Assembly (NCBI GenBank): GCA_044347345.1
Contig: JBIKUX010000025.1
Location: forward strand, 1 to 38,108
Length of the DNA stretch: 38,108 nt
Direction of reading: 5' to 3'
Source of the DNA: Bdellovibrionota bacterium
GTDB lineage: Bacteria; Bdellovibrionota_C; UBA2361; JBIKUX01
Part shown: positions 18,505 to 28,288 of the stretch, piece after piece
How the letters are laid out: the number at the start of each line of letters is the position of its first letter
Numbering within the stretch: position 1 is the stretch's first letter
Program-made: the position numbers and the translations under genes
Notes under the pieces: model-generated
Told to the model about the DNA's origin: nothing
What the model saw: the letters and a program-made list of their open reading frames with translations, nothing else
Databases searched by the model: none

Positions 18505-19281
18505 CTAATGGCAATCTGCACATTTTGACAAAGTAAAAGAACATGTTCCGGCAAAATTATTTACATCATTTGGAACCTGAGGGAAAAATTCATGAATAGT
18601 CTCTCGAAACGCCTCACCTTGGTAGCTAATACTACAAGTAGCGGGAGTTTTTAAACACCTCTTTACTATATGAAAACTGGCGTTATGAGCTTTTGCACCA
18701 GTAAAAGAACTAAAATCTATAGTATACGTTATTTCTGCTTGACCTGTAGAGCATAGCAAGTCTGAATCAATCATTTTAGTTCCAACCATCGTAAGACCAC
18801 CTCGCAAACGCTTACCAACATACCTTAAAGTAGTGGGGCATACTTCTCCAAAAACTGCTCCACCAGTCTCAAGCATTTGCATGAACAAATTGACAGGCGC
18901 ACTGGGAAGTGATTCACCTGGACATGAATTTTCTTTTGGCTTTACTGCTACTCGCCACCAACCAGTAAAAGAACTTGCCTCAACATCAGTGGATTCAACA
19001 TAACCACGCTTTATAGCATCTCTTACTTTACCAAAGCATTCAAAAGGGGCATTCTTCATTCCTCGCTTTATTCTGTAAAATGTGCGGTCTTTTTCAACAG
19101 CTATTACTGGTGGGCAGGACATTACTGACCTATTAGATGAAGTACTATGAGTATTAGAAGCCATCTTGTTGGCGGATCTGCTAACGACTGGTCTTGTCTG
19201 GGCACTCACTACCGTAGAAAAAAGCAAAACCGATATGAATAGAGTTAGGGATAAACTAATAGAACAACGCAACATAACCAT
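18505..19281 (-). CDS. Secreted cysteine-rich hypothetical protein ending in CxxCH
   Basis: Hydrophobic signal peptide ending VSA-Q; ten Cys after the signal; final residues CADCH then stop. Confidence 0.75.
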   Translation of the reverse strand: MVMLRCSISLSLTLFISVLLFSTVVSAQTRPVVSRSANKMASNTHSTSSNRSVMSCPPVIAVEKDRTFYRIKRGMKNAPFECFGKVRDAIKRGYVESTDVEASSFTGWWRVAVKPKENSCPGESLPSAPVNLFMQMLETGGAVFGEVCPTTLRYVGKRLRGGLTMVGTKMIDSDLLCSTGQAEITYTIDFSSFTGAKAHNASFHIVKRCLKTPATCSISYQGEAFRETIHEFFPQVPNDVNNFAGTCSFTLSKCADCH

Positions 19282-19429
19282 TACTCACCACGCGGTACTT
19301 ATCTCTTGTATTTATCACACAAGATTTAAATCTTAATCCTGCACGTCCAAAATATAAAAAGTGACCACCTTAAAATAAGTCACATCTTCTGAGCTAATTG
19401 CATCGCAAAAAAGCGCTAAGTAATAATAA

Positions 19430-20455
19430 TTATGAATTGCGGTAGATGATATCTCTAAGCTGTTTCGCCAAAAGAAAAAACCTCTCTGGGTTTTTTGCAC
19501 GCCCATCTACTAACACCTCATAGTGAAGATGTGGGCCAGTTGACCTACCTGAAGAACCTACCAAACCTATATTATCACCTCTATGCACATAAGTTCCGAG
19601 TTTTACAAAGACTGCAGATAAATGAGCATATCTTGTCACAATTGAGGGAGAATGAGAAACATCAACTACTAGACCATAGGTAGAATCACGGCGCACACTT
19701 ATCACAGAACCTTTACCACTGGCTCTGACCTTTGAACCAAACGGTGCCGCTATATCCAGACCTTCATGTAGACGAATATCTCCAGCAAAAGGAGATGACC
19801 TAAAGCCATAACGAGAGCTAAATTTTCCTTGTACAGGAAGACCAAGTGGGAGAGATCTAATAAATGAATTCAGCGCCTCACTAGAGGAATGAGGAGAAAT
19901 AAACTGCAAATAATCAGACTCGGCAGATGCCGGGATTTTACACCTTAAAGATTTGTCAGTGCAAAGAACTTCTGCGCCTCCAATCCCCTTACCTATAATG
20001 CTCTCATTACTTTTAATATTACTATTTCCATACTGAACACTTAATTTACGATATTTAGATCCTAAAAATCCGGTCTTTAATGCTCCTGCAAGCAAAGACT
20101 TAATCTTTATCGTGATATCCTCATTGTGGTCGTAGTTAAGGTAGGATTTAAATTTTTTTTGTTGGGTATCTTGTGCAAAATATACGACTTGAGGGCGTAG
20201 CCTTTTTTCAGAACGAACTTGCGCTAAACGTTTTTGCAATACTTGCGAGAGATGCTTTACTTTACGGGCATCTTGAGAGGAAGATCTATCAATTAGAAAA
20301 AGGCTTAATCCAGCTCCAACTATGATGCTAGCGGCCATTGTTACAACTATAACTCGAACCTTACATAAATGGAGATAATAAATCTTGTTGACTAATCCAA
20401 AATGAACCCAACATGAGAACAATGGGGTTTTTATCTTTGATGATCTTGGCAACAT
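19430..20455 (-). CDS. M23 family metallopeptidase (peptidoglycan endopeptidase-like) with N-terminal membrane anchor
   Basis: SSRYGFR, HEGLDIAA (HxxxD), TRYAHL, VGSSGRSTGPHLHYEV (HxH). The start is uncertain; I chose ATG 20455 because the track start at 20533 overlaps recN by 47 bp. Confidence 0.88.
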   Translation of the reverse strand: MLPRSSKIKTPLFSCWVHFGLVNKIYYLHLCKVRVIVVTMAASIIVGAGLSLFLIDRSSSQDARKVKHLSQVLQKRLAQVRSEKRLRPQVVYFAQDTQQKKFKSYLNYDHNEDITIKIKSLLAGALKTGFLGSKYRKLSVQYGNSNIKSNESIIGKGIGGAEVLCTDKSLRCKIPASAESDYLQFISPHSSSEALNSFIRSLPLGLPVQGKFSSRYGFRSSPFAGDIRLHEGLDIAAPFGSKVRASGKGSVISVRRDSTYGLVVDVSHSPSIVTRYAHLSAVFVKLGTYVHRGDNIGLVGSSGRSTGPHLHYEVLVDGRAKNPERFFLLAKQLRDIIYRNS

Positions 20456-20486
20456 AACCGCTGAAGAATATGGAGAGTAGCCTCCA

Positions 20487-22127
20487 TCACCATTCAGATG
20501 ATATGAGCTCTCTAGCGGATTCACGCGAAGCATCAGTTATTCGAGCTCCAGCTATCATTCTGGCTACTTCGTCAATTCTCTCCTGATCGCTAAGTACCCT
20601 TACGGTTGTCCCACTCGCTGATTTCTCAACGAGAAGATGATTTTGTGCTAATGACGCTACTTGCGGAAGGTGCGTTATACAAATAACTTGCGATGTTGAG
20701 GCAAGACTACGAAGCATCTTTCCCACAGATCTTGCCACACTACCGGAAACGCCCGTATCAACCTCATCAAAAACTAAAACGTTTATTCCGCCAGTATCAC
20801 GCAAAATCTTTTTTAAAACTAACGTAAGGCGCGACAACTCCCCACCGGAGGCTATTGACCTAAGTGGTAAAGCTACTCCTCGTCTCTCCAAAAGAAATTC
20901 ACCTCGATCTAATCCTCCAACGTGCGGCTCGCTAAGTCGTTCAAGACGCAAAACGACATTAGAATCTGGCATACCTAATTCAGCTAAGTCAGATGCTATC
21001 GCCTCTTCTACAGCACGAGCAGCTGTAGCTCTGGCTATACTAAGCTCGCCTCCTACTTCAATAACCTTAGCCAAAAGAAGCTCAACTTCTTTCTCTTGCT
21101 CAATTAAACTCAATTCATCAGGAAGATGAGCAAGTCTGGCCTTAGCCTCTTTTAAAAGAGAAGCTAATCCAGAGTCATCAGTATGATACTTACGTTCTAA
21201 TCGAGCTAGCTCAGCAAGATTATCACGAGCTATATTTAGTGAGCGATCGTCAATCTCTATATCGGATAACAGACGAGCAAGTTGACTACTGACCTCTGTA
21301 GCTTCCGCAAAGCAACTTCCAATACTATCCCTAATACCAACGAGCCTAGGGTCAAGTTTAACTAACGTTTCAGCTTGCATCAAAGCTCGTCGCAGTGATT
21401 CCAGCACTCCTTGTCTGCTATTATCGAAAAAATCAGCAATAAGATGTCCAACCTCTAAAAGACGCTCTCCTCTGCTTAAACGCTCTACTGTGCCTTCGAG
21501 ATCAGTGCGCATCCCTGGCTTTGGAGCCAGTCTTCCCATCTCTTCAATTCTATGACTCAAAACCTCTTTCATCTCATGCGCCTGCGTGAAAAGAGTTCTG
21601 GTTTTTATGAGATTCTCTTTAGCTACAACAAGTTTATTAAAAACAGAGCGATATTCATCTTTTATACCCTTAACTACCTCACTCAATGCATCAATAAAGA
21701 GTAAGTGTTTCGCCGGATCTAAAAGTCTTACATATTCTGATTGCCCACAGATACTCATCATCCGGGAGCTAACCTCTTGTAAAGTTGCCAATGAAGCGAG
21801 GCGTCCATTAAGATAAACCTTACCTCTACCCTGACCGGTACCAGAACGTGCAATAACCAACTCGTCCCCACTAACGATGTCAGGGAGCCCCTCTCTTTCT
21901 TGATCTGAAATTCCACTTATATCAAACAGCGCATTAAGTTCGAATTGACTAGCCCCAGCTCGCACATCTAGGTTTCTCGACCTACCGCCTAAAATTAACT
22001 CTAAAGCTCGTAAAATAATCGATTTACCGGTACCAGTCTCCCCAGATATAACGTTTAAACCTGGCTCAAAAATTATCGTTTGTTTATCAATAATGGCAAA
22101 ATTTTCGATCTCAAGATGCTGCAACAT
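20487..22127 (-). CDS. recN: DNA repair protein RecN
   Basis: IENFAII, GETGTGKS, long coiled coil, ASGGELSR, VFDEVDTGVSG, QVICITHLPQVA; follows nadK. Confidence 0.96.
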   Translation of the reverse strand: MLQHLEIENFAIIDKQTIIFEPGLNVISGETGTGKSIILRALELILGGRSRNLDVRAGASQFELNALFDISGISDQEREGLPDIVSGDELVIARSGTGQGRGKVYLNGRLASLATLQEVSSRMMSICGQSEYVRLLDPAKHLLFIDALSEVVKGIKDEYRSVFNKLVVAKENLIKTRTLFTQAHEMKEVLSHRIEEMGRLAPKPGMRTDLEGTVERLSRGERLLEVGHLIADFFDNSRQGVLESLRRALMQAETLVKLDPRLVGIRDSIGSCFAEATEVSSQLARLLSDIEIDDRSLNIARDNLAELARLERKYHTDDSGLASLLKEAKARLAHLPDELSLIEQEKEVELLLAKVIEVGGELSIARATAARAVEEAIASDLAELGMPDSNVVLRLERLSEPHVGGLDRGEFLLERRGVALPLRSIASGGELSRLTLVLKKILRDTGGINVLVFDEVDTGVSGSVARSVGKMLRSLASTSQVICITHLPQVASLAQNHLLVEKSASGTTVRVLSDQERIDEVARMIAGARITDASRESARELISSEW

Positions 22128-22153
22128 GACTGAGCCTTAAATTATTCTTTCGT

Positions 22154-23068
22154 TTAACTCGGTATTGGCCGCTCACGATTTGCTAGCCCCCAATTTAACT
22201 TTTCGCGAAGAATTGCAAAATAAGAGAGGGATGGCGACCTAACTAAACGCACTGAATATGGGGAGGGAGAAACAGAAATAATATCACCATGCTCAAGAGT
22301 AAGTAGCATATGACCATCTATAACAGCGTAGGCTTTGTCATCATAATCATTCAAATTTACGTTAATTTGCTCTTTAGCTGGCAACACTATGGGGCGAACA
22401 GTAAGGGAGTGTGGGCAAAGGGGCGTAACAATTACTACATCGAGATCTGGATGGACTATGGAGCCTCCAGCCGATAGAGAATAAGCGGTGGATCCTGTAG
22501 GAGTAGCAATCAACACTCCATCGCCACGAAAGGCCATAACCATCTGACCAGAAACATCGATTGTAAAATTGGGAATTGTGCTCTTAACTCCCTTCATAAT
22601 GCCAACCTCATTAAGAGCTTGACTAGTTGCTACAACGTCACCACCTCGTAATACTGTAGCAGTTAACATTGAACGTTCACCGATAACAGCATTATTATTT
22701 ATAACTGCATCTAAAACGCTTATTAGCTCAGATGGTGCTATCTCAGTTAAAAAGCCAAGTTTACCAAAATTTACACCAAGCATTGCAGGAGAAAAACCGG
22801 TAATTAAACGAGCGACCCCAATAAAAGTACCATCACCTCCCAAGCTAACAATTATGTCGGCTTGTGCAACCATCTCGGCAGAAGAGACGTTAGAAAACAG
22901 TCCCAAATTTAGCTTATCAACATCATTCTTATGACAACCAGCATCAAATAAAAGCTCAAAGGAGTGCTCACTGCACCACTTAGATACCTTGGCCAGATAG
23001 GGTAGAGCTTCTTTTACCCCAGGCCTCAAAACAAGCCCGACCTTATATCTTTGTGGATGATTAACCAC
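22154..23068 (-). CDS. nadK: NAD kinase
   Basis: LGGDGT, GVNFGKLGFL, ALNE, DGVLIATPTGSTAYSLSAGG, PLCPH, LREKLNWG. Confidence 0.96.
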   Translation of the reverse strand: MVNHPQRYKVGLVLRPGVKEALPYLAKVSKWCSEHSFELLFDAGCHKNDVDKLNLGLFSNVSSAEMVAQADIIVSLGGDGTFIGVARLITGFSPAMLGVNFGKLGFLTEIAPSELISVLDAVINNNAVIGERSMLTATVLRGGDVVATSQALNEVGIMKGVKSTIPNFTIDVSGQMVMAFRGDGVLIATPTGSTAYSLSAGGSIVHPDLDVVIVTPLCPHSLTVRPIVLPAKEQINVNLNDYDDKAYAVIDGHMLLTLEHGDIISVSPSPYSVRLVRSPSLSYFAILREKLNWGLANRERPIPS

Positions 23069-23214
23069 GTTTTCTCCTAATCTTTCTCTTTTTAATTAGC
23101 TGGGTCAGTTATTCCTCTGTGGTTTATATCAAACACAGCTTATTTTTTAGATACTAGCTTTTTATCTATTTTATATGACTAGAACTTTAGTTGCACTTTT
23201 ACGATAGTCTATTT

Positions 23215-23874
23215 TTAAAATCTCTTGGATGAAGGTATACCATAATCTGGAGGCATAGAACGCCTAAGAGGTGGGTTTCGAGCCGAGCTACCGTTTTTTA
23301 AAGGATTACCATCAAAGGTGTATGTTTGATTAAAGTTAGCCTTTGGTTGCGCTCGTATAGACTCATCACGGAGCTCTCTTGGAGTTTTAAAGCGCTCCAT
23401 TCTTTCTTTAATAACCTCATTACTACGGTATTCCTCGCTAGCAACAGCTGCCGTAAACCGGCCAGGGACAGATGTTATAGCTTCATATGCTTCATTATAG
23501 TCATTACGCTCTTCGTTAGGTAACGCATCGGTTATGTAGAGAGGTTCATACCCAAAGGCAGAAATAAGCCCATTTCCAAGAAGATAGATAGCATAAGGAG
23601 GAAATACAACAACGCCAGCTACGTTTACCGCTGCCTTACCAAGACCGGAACCGTAAAACCAGTTCTCACCTACTTCACCCAACAGCTCTTTAGCTTCCTC
23701 TTCTGAAAGAGGTTTTTCTGATGTCACTAGCTCTGTCTCTGTTTTTTCTCTTTTTTTAAGAACCCCACAACCCGTATTTACGACTATCACAATCAAATAA
23801 AAAAGAGTTAACACCGTTCCAATTATGCTAGATTCTAATATCCTCACAAAGTTCATTATTTCAAATCTAGCCAT
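23215..23874 (-). CDS. Putative lipoprotein of unknown function
   Basis: Hydrophobic N-terminus ending VNTG-C (lipobox-like); internal Gly-rich hydrophobic segment GLGKAAVNVAGVVVFPPYAIYLLGNGLISAFGY. Confidence 0.65.
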   Translation of the reverse strand: MARFEIMNFVRILESSIIGTVLTLFYLIVIVVNTGCGVLKKREKTETELVTSEKPLSEEEAKELLGEVGENWFYGSGLGKAAVNVAGVVVFPPYAIYLLGNGLISAFGYEPLYITDALPNEERNDYNEAYEAITSVPGRFTAAVASEEYRSNEVIKERMERFKTPRELRDESIRAQPKANFNQTYTFDGNPLKNGSSARNPPLRRSMPPDYGIPSSKRF

Positions 23875-24174
23875 CTAGCTGAATAAAATTCAGATTAAAA
23901 TTTTTCTTTAATCGTAAAGTTTGACTTAGATTAAACTAATACAAAGTAACTAATCACGCAAAACTATCTTTTCATAAAAAAGAGCAAAAACTCTTACCAG
24001 TTATTAATCAGATTTGTTAAGCACCAGATTTACTGCATCTATTAATTGAGACATTTCCTGGAATTATTTTTATTATGGTCATTCGTACGTTAGAGCATTA
24101 GTATTGTTAGAGGGACTCTAAAGAGTTTTCGAAGTAAAATTGTTAAAGCAAAACGATTAGCGATTAAGAGAATA

Positions 24175-25212
24175 ATGATGGCGAAAGATAAGCCTCTAAA
24201 CCAAAAAATTACGCCCCTAAAAGCAATTAAATCTATCTTAAAGATAGGTGGTTACAGTTTTTGTCCCTATTTAATCATAAGTACATGTCTAAATAATAAT
24301 TTAAGCGCTCAAAACTCTGTTGCTAATCCTACTACTACCTCCCCTTCACCACTTCTGCTGTCTCCACTTACTACTGAAGGAGTAGCTAAATATGTTGATA
24401 AAAAGGGACGTAACCCCATTCTTACTGTTCAACAATCTCATCGCCCAGGCGTTGTAACTTTACTGGCTCACGCTGTAGCTCCAAGTAAGGAGTTTGAACA
24501 ATTTCCCATTCAACTAGACTTTTTTATTAATGGAGCGCACTTTACTTCGCAAATATCTTCTCCTTCCTTGCCTCGACCACTCGGTATAGATGTCTCATCA
24601 GAAAGAGCTAAACTACCTTTTAATTACACCGTGATCGCAAGAATAATTCATCCAAATAGTGTCTACACGTCAATGCTTGAGGGAGCTTCTTTTGAACAAG
24701 CAGCGGTTGCAGATAAATCACTGAGCTGTAGTGTAGGTTACGATAAGTTTATATTTGAATCAGATAAAGTAATCACAGAAAGAATTAGTGAAGATTCCTA
24801 TATTTTCTCAGTGCCAGAAGTTTCGTCAAACTCAAAAGTTACAGTAAAATTCTCGCTTCCTTTGGTATCTGAAAATAATAACTCTGAAACTAGAGTAACA
24901 ACGAGCGGAACTGTTACACTACCAAATGAACTTCAAAAAGCCGTAACGGGCACTATTACTGTATTCAATCAAAACAATTCACCTACATCAGGTTCATCAC
25001 CAAAGTATATAATCAGCGATATTTTATTGCGCGACTCAAGTAATGAAGTAGAAGTAGCATGTAGTACTTCATTAAACACTCCCGAAGTTACAACACCAAC
25101 TGTGACTGAAACCCCAGATGACGGCAATGATAATGAAGATGGTGATGACCAAGACGAAAATCAAAACGAGCAAGAGAAGGAGGATCTAGTCATCGAAAAC
25201 GTTTTGTTTTAA
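24175..25212 (+). CDS. Hypothetical, probably exported, S/T-rich beta protein with acidic C-terminal tail
   Basis: 345-aa ORF with no competing ORF; weak signal-like segment ending LSA-Q; T/P linkers; D/E/N/Q-rich tail. Confidence 0.65.
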   Translation: MMAKDKPLNQKITPLKAIKSILKIGGYSFCPYLIISTCLNNNLSAQNSVANPTTTSPSPLLLSPLTTEGVAKYVDKKGRNPILTVQQSHRPGVVTLLAHAVAPSKEFEQFPIQLDFFINGAHFTSQISSPSLPRPLGIDVSSERAKLPFNYTVIARIIHPNSVYTSMLEGASFEQAAVADKSLSCSVGYDKFIFESDKVITERISEDSYIFSVPEVSSNSKVTVKFSLPLVSENNNSETRVTTSGTVTLPNELQKAVTGTITVFNQNNSPTSGSSPKYIISDILLRDSSNEVEVACSTSLNTPEVTTPTVTETPDDGNDNEDGDDQDENQNEQEKEDLVIENVLF

Positions 25213-25216
25213 TCGG

Positions 25217-28200
25217 CTAACCTCGTTCGTGTGGCTTAGCAATAACCGTGTAGATAGTCGGAACAACAAATAGAGTAAACATCGTTCCTATTAACATGCC
25301 CATTACCAATGTAATACCAATACTATTGCGAGCTCCTGAGCCTGCTCCAGTAGCAATAATTAGGGGACAGTGACCAACAATTGTTGCAATTGAAGTCATA
25401 AGTACCGGACGTAACCGAGTTACAGCCCCGTTTATTGCAGCATCTACTTTTGAACAACCTTTTTTTTCTTGAAGAGAATTAGAAAACTCCACGATTAGAA
25501 TTCCATTTTTTGCAATCAAACCTACAAGAGTTACTAATCCAATCTGAGAATAAATATTTATAGTAGTGAGATCCAAAAAAGTACACGACAGAGCTCCAAA
25601 TAATGCTAAAGGAACAGAACCAAACAAAATAATAAATGGGTCCCTAAAGCTCTCAAACTGTGCGGCTAATACTAAGTAAATGAGAATTAAAGCCATAAAT
25701 AATGTAGTAAGTAATGTACTACCCTCCTGTCTCAATTGCCGAGACTCTCCGGCATAATCGATTGAAAATCCTCCAGGAAGACTAGTCGATAATATTTTTT
25801 CAATGAGTGAAAGACCTTGGTCAATACTAACTCCTGGTACCGGCACACCCTGAATTTTAACTGAATTTAATTGTTGAAAACGTTCTAGTGACCGTGGCTT
25901 TACGCCATCTTCAATAGAAGCAACACTCATCAAGGGTATAAGAGTACCATCTGAAACCCTAACTCCTAGCTCACCTAACTGGTCAGGATTAAGCCTAGCT
26001 GTGCGCACAGCTTGAGGGATTACTTTATAGCTACGTCCTCCCATAGAGAATCGGTTAAACGAATTACCACTTGTAAATAATGAGATATCTTGAACAACAT
26101 CTTTTAGCATTAATCCGAGAGACGCTACCTTCTCACGGTCAATTAATACTTCACTCTCAGGCTGATCGTACTTTAAATCAGCATCAGCAAAGATAAATCG
26201 TCCAGACCTTAAAGCAGCATCTACTACCTGCCGCGAAAACTCATATAATTTTGAAGGATCGGCGGTTGATGTAATTACTAGTTCAACGGGAAAATCACTC
26301 CCACCCGGAAGAGGTGGAGGGCTTGTTACTACCCCTCTAATCCCCGGGACAGCAGATAACTTATTCCAAGCCTCCATTTCAATTTTGGCAACATCTCTGC
26401 TTCGCTCAGAAGACGGTTTTAAAACCATCCCTGAAAAACCCCCACTAGGCTTGGCTATCTGAAAAGTAGTATCTCGCTCCTGAAACGACTCATAAATCTC
26501 TTCAACTTTTCGGGTATAAATGAGTGTTTGTTCAAGTGAAGAGTTTGGTGCTGCCTGAATAATTGAAAACAAAACTCCTTGATCTTCTTTTGGAGCGAGT
26601 TCTTTAGTCGAGAAAATATAAAAAGGAACCACAAAACAACTCATCACAGTTGATGTAGTTAAAGTGAGGATGCGGTGCTTTACCAACCATGTCAGTATCT
26701 GTCTGTACTTGTTCTCTAAATTTAAGATTATTCTATCTGTCGCTAATTTAAAGCGTGATGGTGCCGCTTGAAGAGTCAGTAAGCGAGCAGACATCATCGG
26801 CGATAGAGTAATAGCTACAAAACCAGATACTAAAACAGCTCCAGCCAGTGTAAAGGCAAATTCACGAAATATTGCTCCAGTTAGGCCTCCTTGAAGGCCA
26901 ATTGGGGCATACACAGCTGCTAGAGTAATTGTCATCGCAATAGTAGGTCCAACAAGCTCTCGAGCGGCCGTTATAGCTGCAGCTACAGGAGCCATACCGC
27001 TTCTAATATGTCTTTCAACATTTTCAAGCATAACGATAGCGTCATCTACGACCAAACCAACAGCAAGCACAATTGCTAAAAGTGTGAGTAAATTTACGGT
27101 AAACCCCAGCACGTACATAAAAACCGCGGCACCCACTAATGATAGCGGTATTGCAACTACTGGGACTAAAACTCCTCGAGCAGAACCAATAAATAAAAAA
27201 ATTACAAATATAACTATAAGCACTGTCTCAAATAGCGTACTTAAAACCTCATTTATAGAATCTTGTATATATCTGGTTGAATCATAGGGAATTCCCAACT
27301 TCATTCCCGAAGGCAACCCTTCTCTAAGTTCAGGAATCACTTCGCGCACTTTAGCCGCCACATCAAGAGTGTTAGCACTTGGGAAAGCCCATATCCCGAT
27401 AAAGGTAGCAGATTGACCATTAAAACTTACAAGCTCATCGTAATCTTCGGCCCCTAACGCAACGGTAGCAACATCTCTAAGACGAACAAGCTGTGTTCCA
27501 TACTGTTTAATTATAATATTCTCAAAGTCCTCCTCAGTCTTGAGGTCAGTATTGGTTGTAAGATCAACAGAAACCATTTGACCCTTAGTTTTTCCTAATG
27601 CTGCCAAATAATTATTTGAAGATAATGCTTCTGAAATGTCTTGAGAGCTAACTCCTCTGGCTTTCATTAACTTAGGATCTAACCATACTCTCATAGAAAA
27701 AGTTCTGGCACCTAAAATATCAGCTCTTTGAACTCCCTCGATACTAGACAGTTTGGGCTGAATTACTCTGTTCAGATAATCGGTAATCTGATTTGCTTCG
27801 TATGTATCAGAGAAAAAGCTAAGATACATTGCCGCAAAACGGCTATCATTTCGCTCAACTTCTATTACTGGTGTTTCAGCTTCAGATGGTAGCTCAGATC
27901 TAACCTGAGCTACCTTGGCTTGGATTTGAGTGAGCGCATCATTGGTATCAAAATTAAGCCGTAGATGAACTGTTATTGTGCTAACACCAGCAGCACTCTG
28001 AGACTCAATATAATCAATACCATCAGCACTAGCTATAGCTCTCTCAAGAGGGGCAGTAACAAAACCGCCAATTAAATCAGCACTAGCACCGCTATATGTA
28101 GTCCTAACTACCACTACAGCTATATCACTCTTTGGATACTGACGAGTTGGAAGATTAAAAATTGAATAGTAACCTGCGAGAAAAACGATTAAATTTATAC

Positions 28201-28246
28201 AGATTGAGAAAATCGGTCTTTTAATAAAAAGATCAGTAAAATACAT
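25217..28246 (-). CDS. RND efflux permease (HAE1, MexW/MexI-like)
   Basis: FTDLFIKRP start motif (in-frame ATG 28246; track start 28273), GLVVDDAIVMLEN, IAKNGILIVEF, RLRPVLMT. Confidence 0.95.
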   Translation of the reverse strand: MYFTDLFIKRPIFSICINLIVFLAGYYSIFNLPTRQYPKSDIAVVVVRTTYSGASADLIGGFVTAPLERAIASADGIDYIESQSAAGVSTITVHLRLNFDTNDALTQIQAKVAQVRSELPSEAETPVIEVERNDSRFAAMYLSFFSDTYEANQITDYLNRVIQPKLSSIEGVQRADILGARTFSMRVWLDPKLMKARGVSSQDISEALSSNNYLAALGKTKGQMVSVDLTTNTDLKTEEDFENIIIKQYGTQLVRLRDVATVALGAEDYDELVSFNGQSATFIGIWAFPSANTLDVAAKVREVIPELREGLPSGMKLGIPYDSTRYIQDSINEVLSTLFETVLIVIFVIFLFIGSARGVLVPVVAIPLSLVGAAVFMYVLGFTVNLLTLLAIVLAVGLVVDDAIVMLENVERHIRSGMAPVAAAITAARELVGPTIAMTITLAAVYAPIGLQGGLTGAIFREFAFTLAGAVLVSGFVAITLSPMMSARLLTLQAAPSRFKLATDRIILNLENKYRQILTWLVKHRILTLTTSTVMSCFVVPFYIFSTKELAPKEDQGVLFSIIQAAPNSSLEQTLIYTRKVEEIYESFQERDTTFQIAKPSGGFSGMVLKPSSERSRDVAKIEMEAWNKLSAVPGIRGVVTSPPPLPGGSDFPVELVITSTADPSKLYEFSRQVVDAALRSGRFIFADADLKYDQPESEVLIDREKVASLGLMLKDVVQDISLFTSGNSFNRFSMGGRSYKVIPQAVRTARLNPDQLGELGVRVSDGTLIPLMSVASIEDGVKPRSLERFQQLNSVKIQGVPVPGVSIDQGLSLIEKILSTSLPGGFSIDYAGESRQLRQEGSTLLTTLFMALILIYLVLAAQFESFRDPFIILFGSVPLALFGALSCTFLDLTTINIYSQIGLVTLVGLIAKNGILIVEFSNSLQEKKGCSKVDAAINGAVTRLRPVLMTSIATIVGHCPLIIATGAGSGARNSIGITLVMGMLIGTMFTLFVVPTIYTVIAKPHERG

Positions 28247-28288
28247 AAAGTAAAATTTATACCGATAAAACAAATAAAATAAAACGTA

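Noticed and set aside
23940-23970. ACGCAAAAC resembling a c-di-GMP-I riboswitch
   Set aside because: The GGCAAA stem, GAAA loop and second hairpin are missing.
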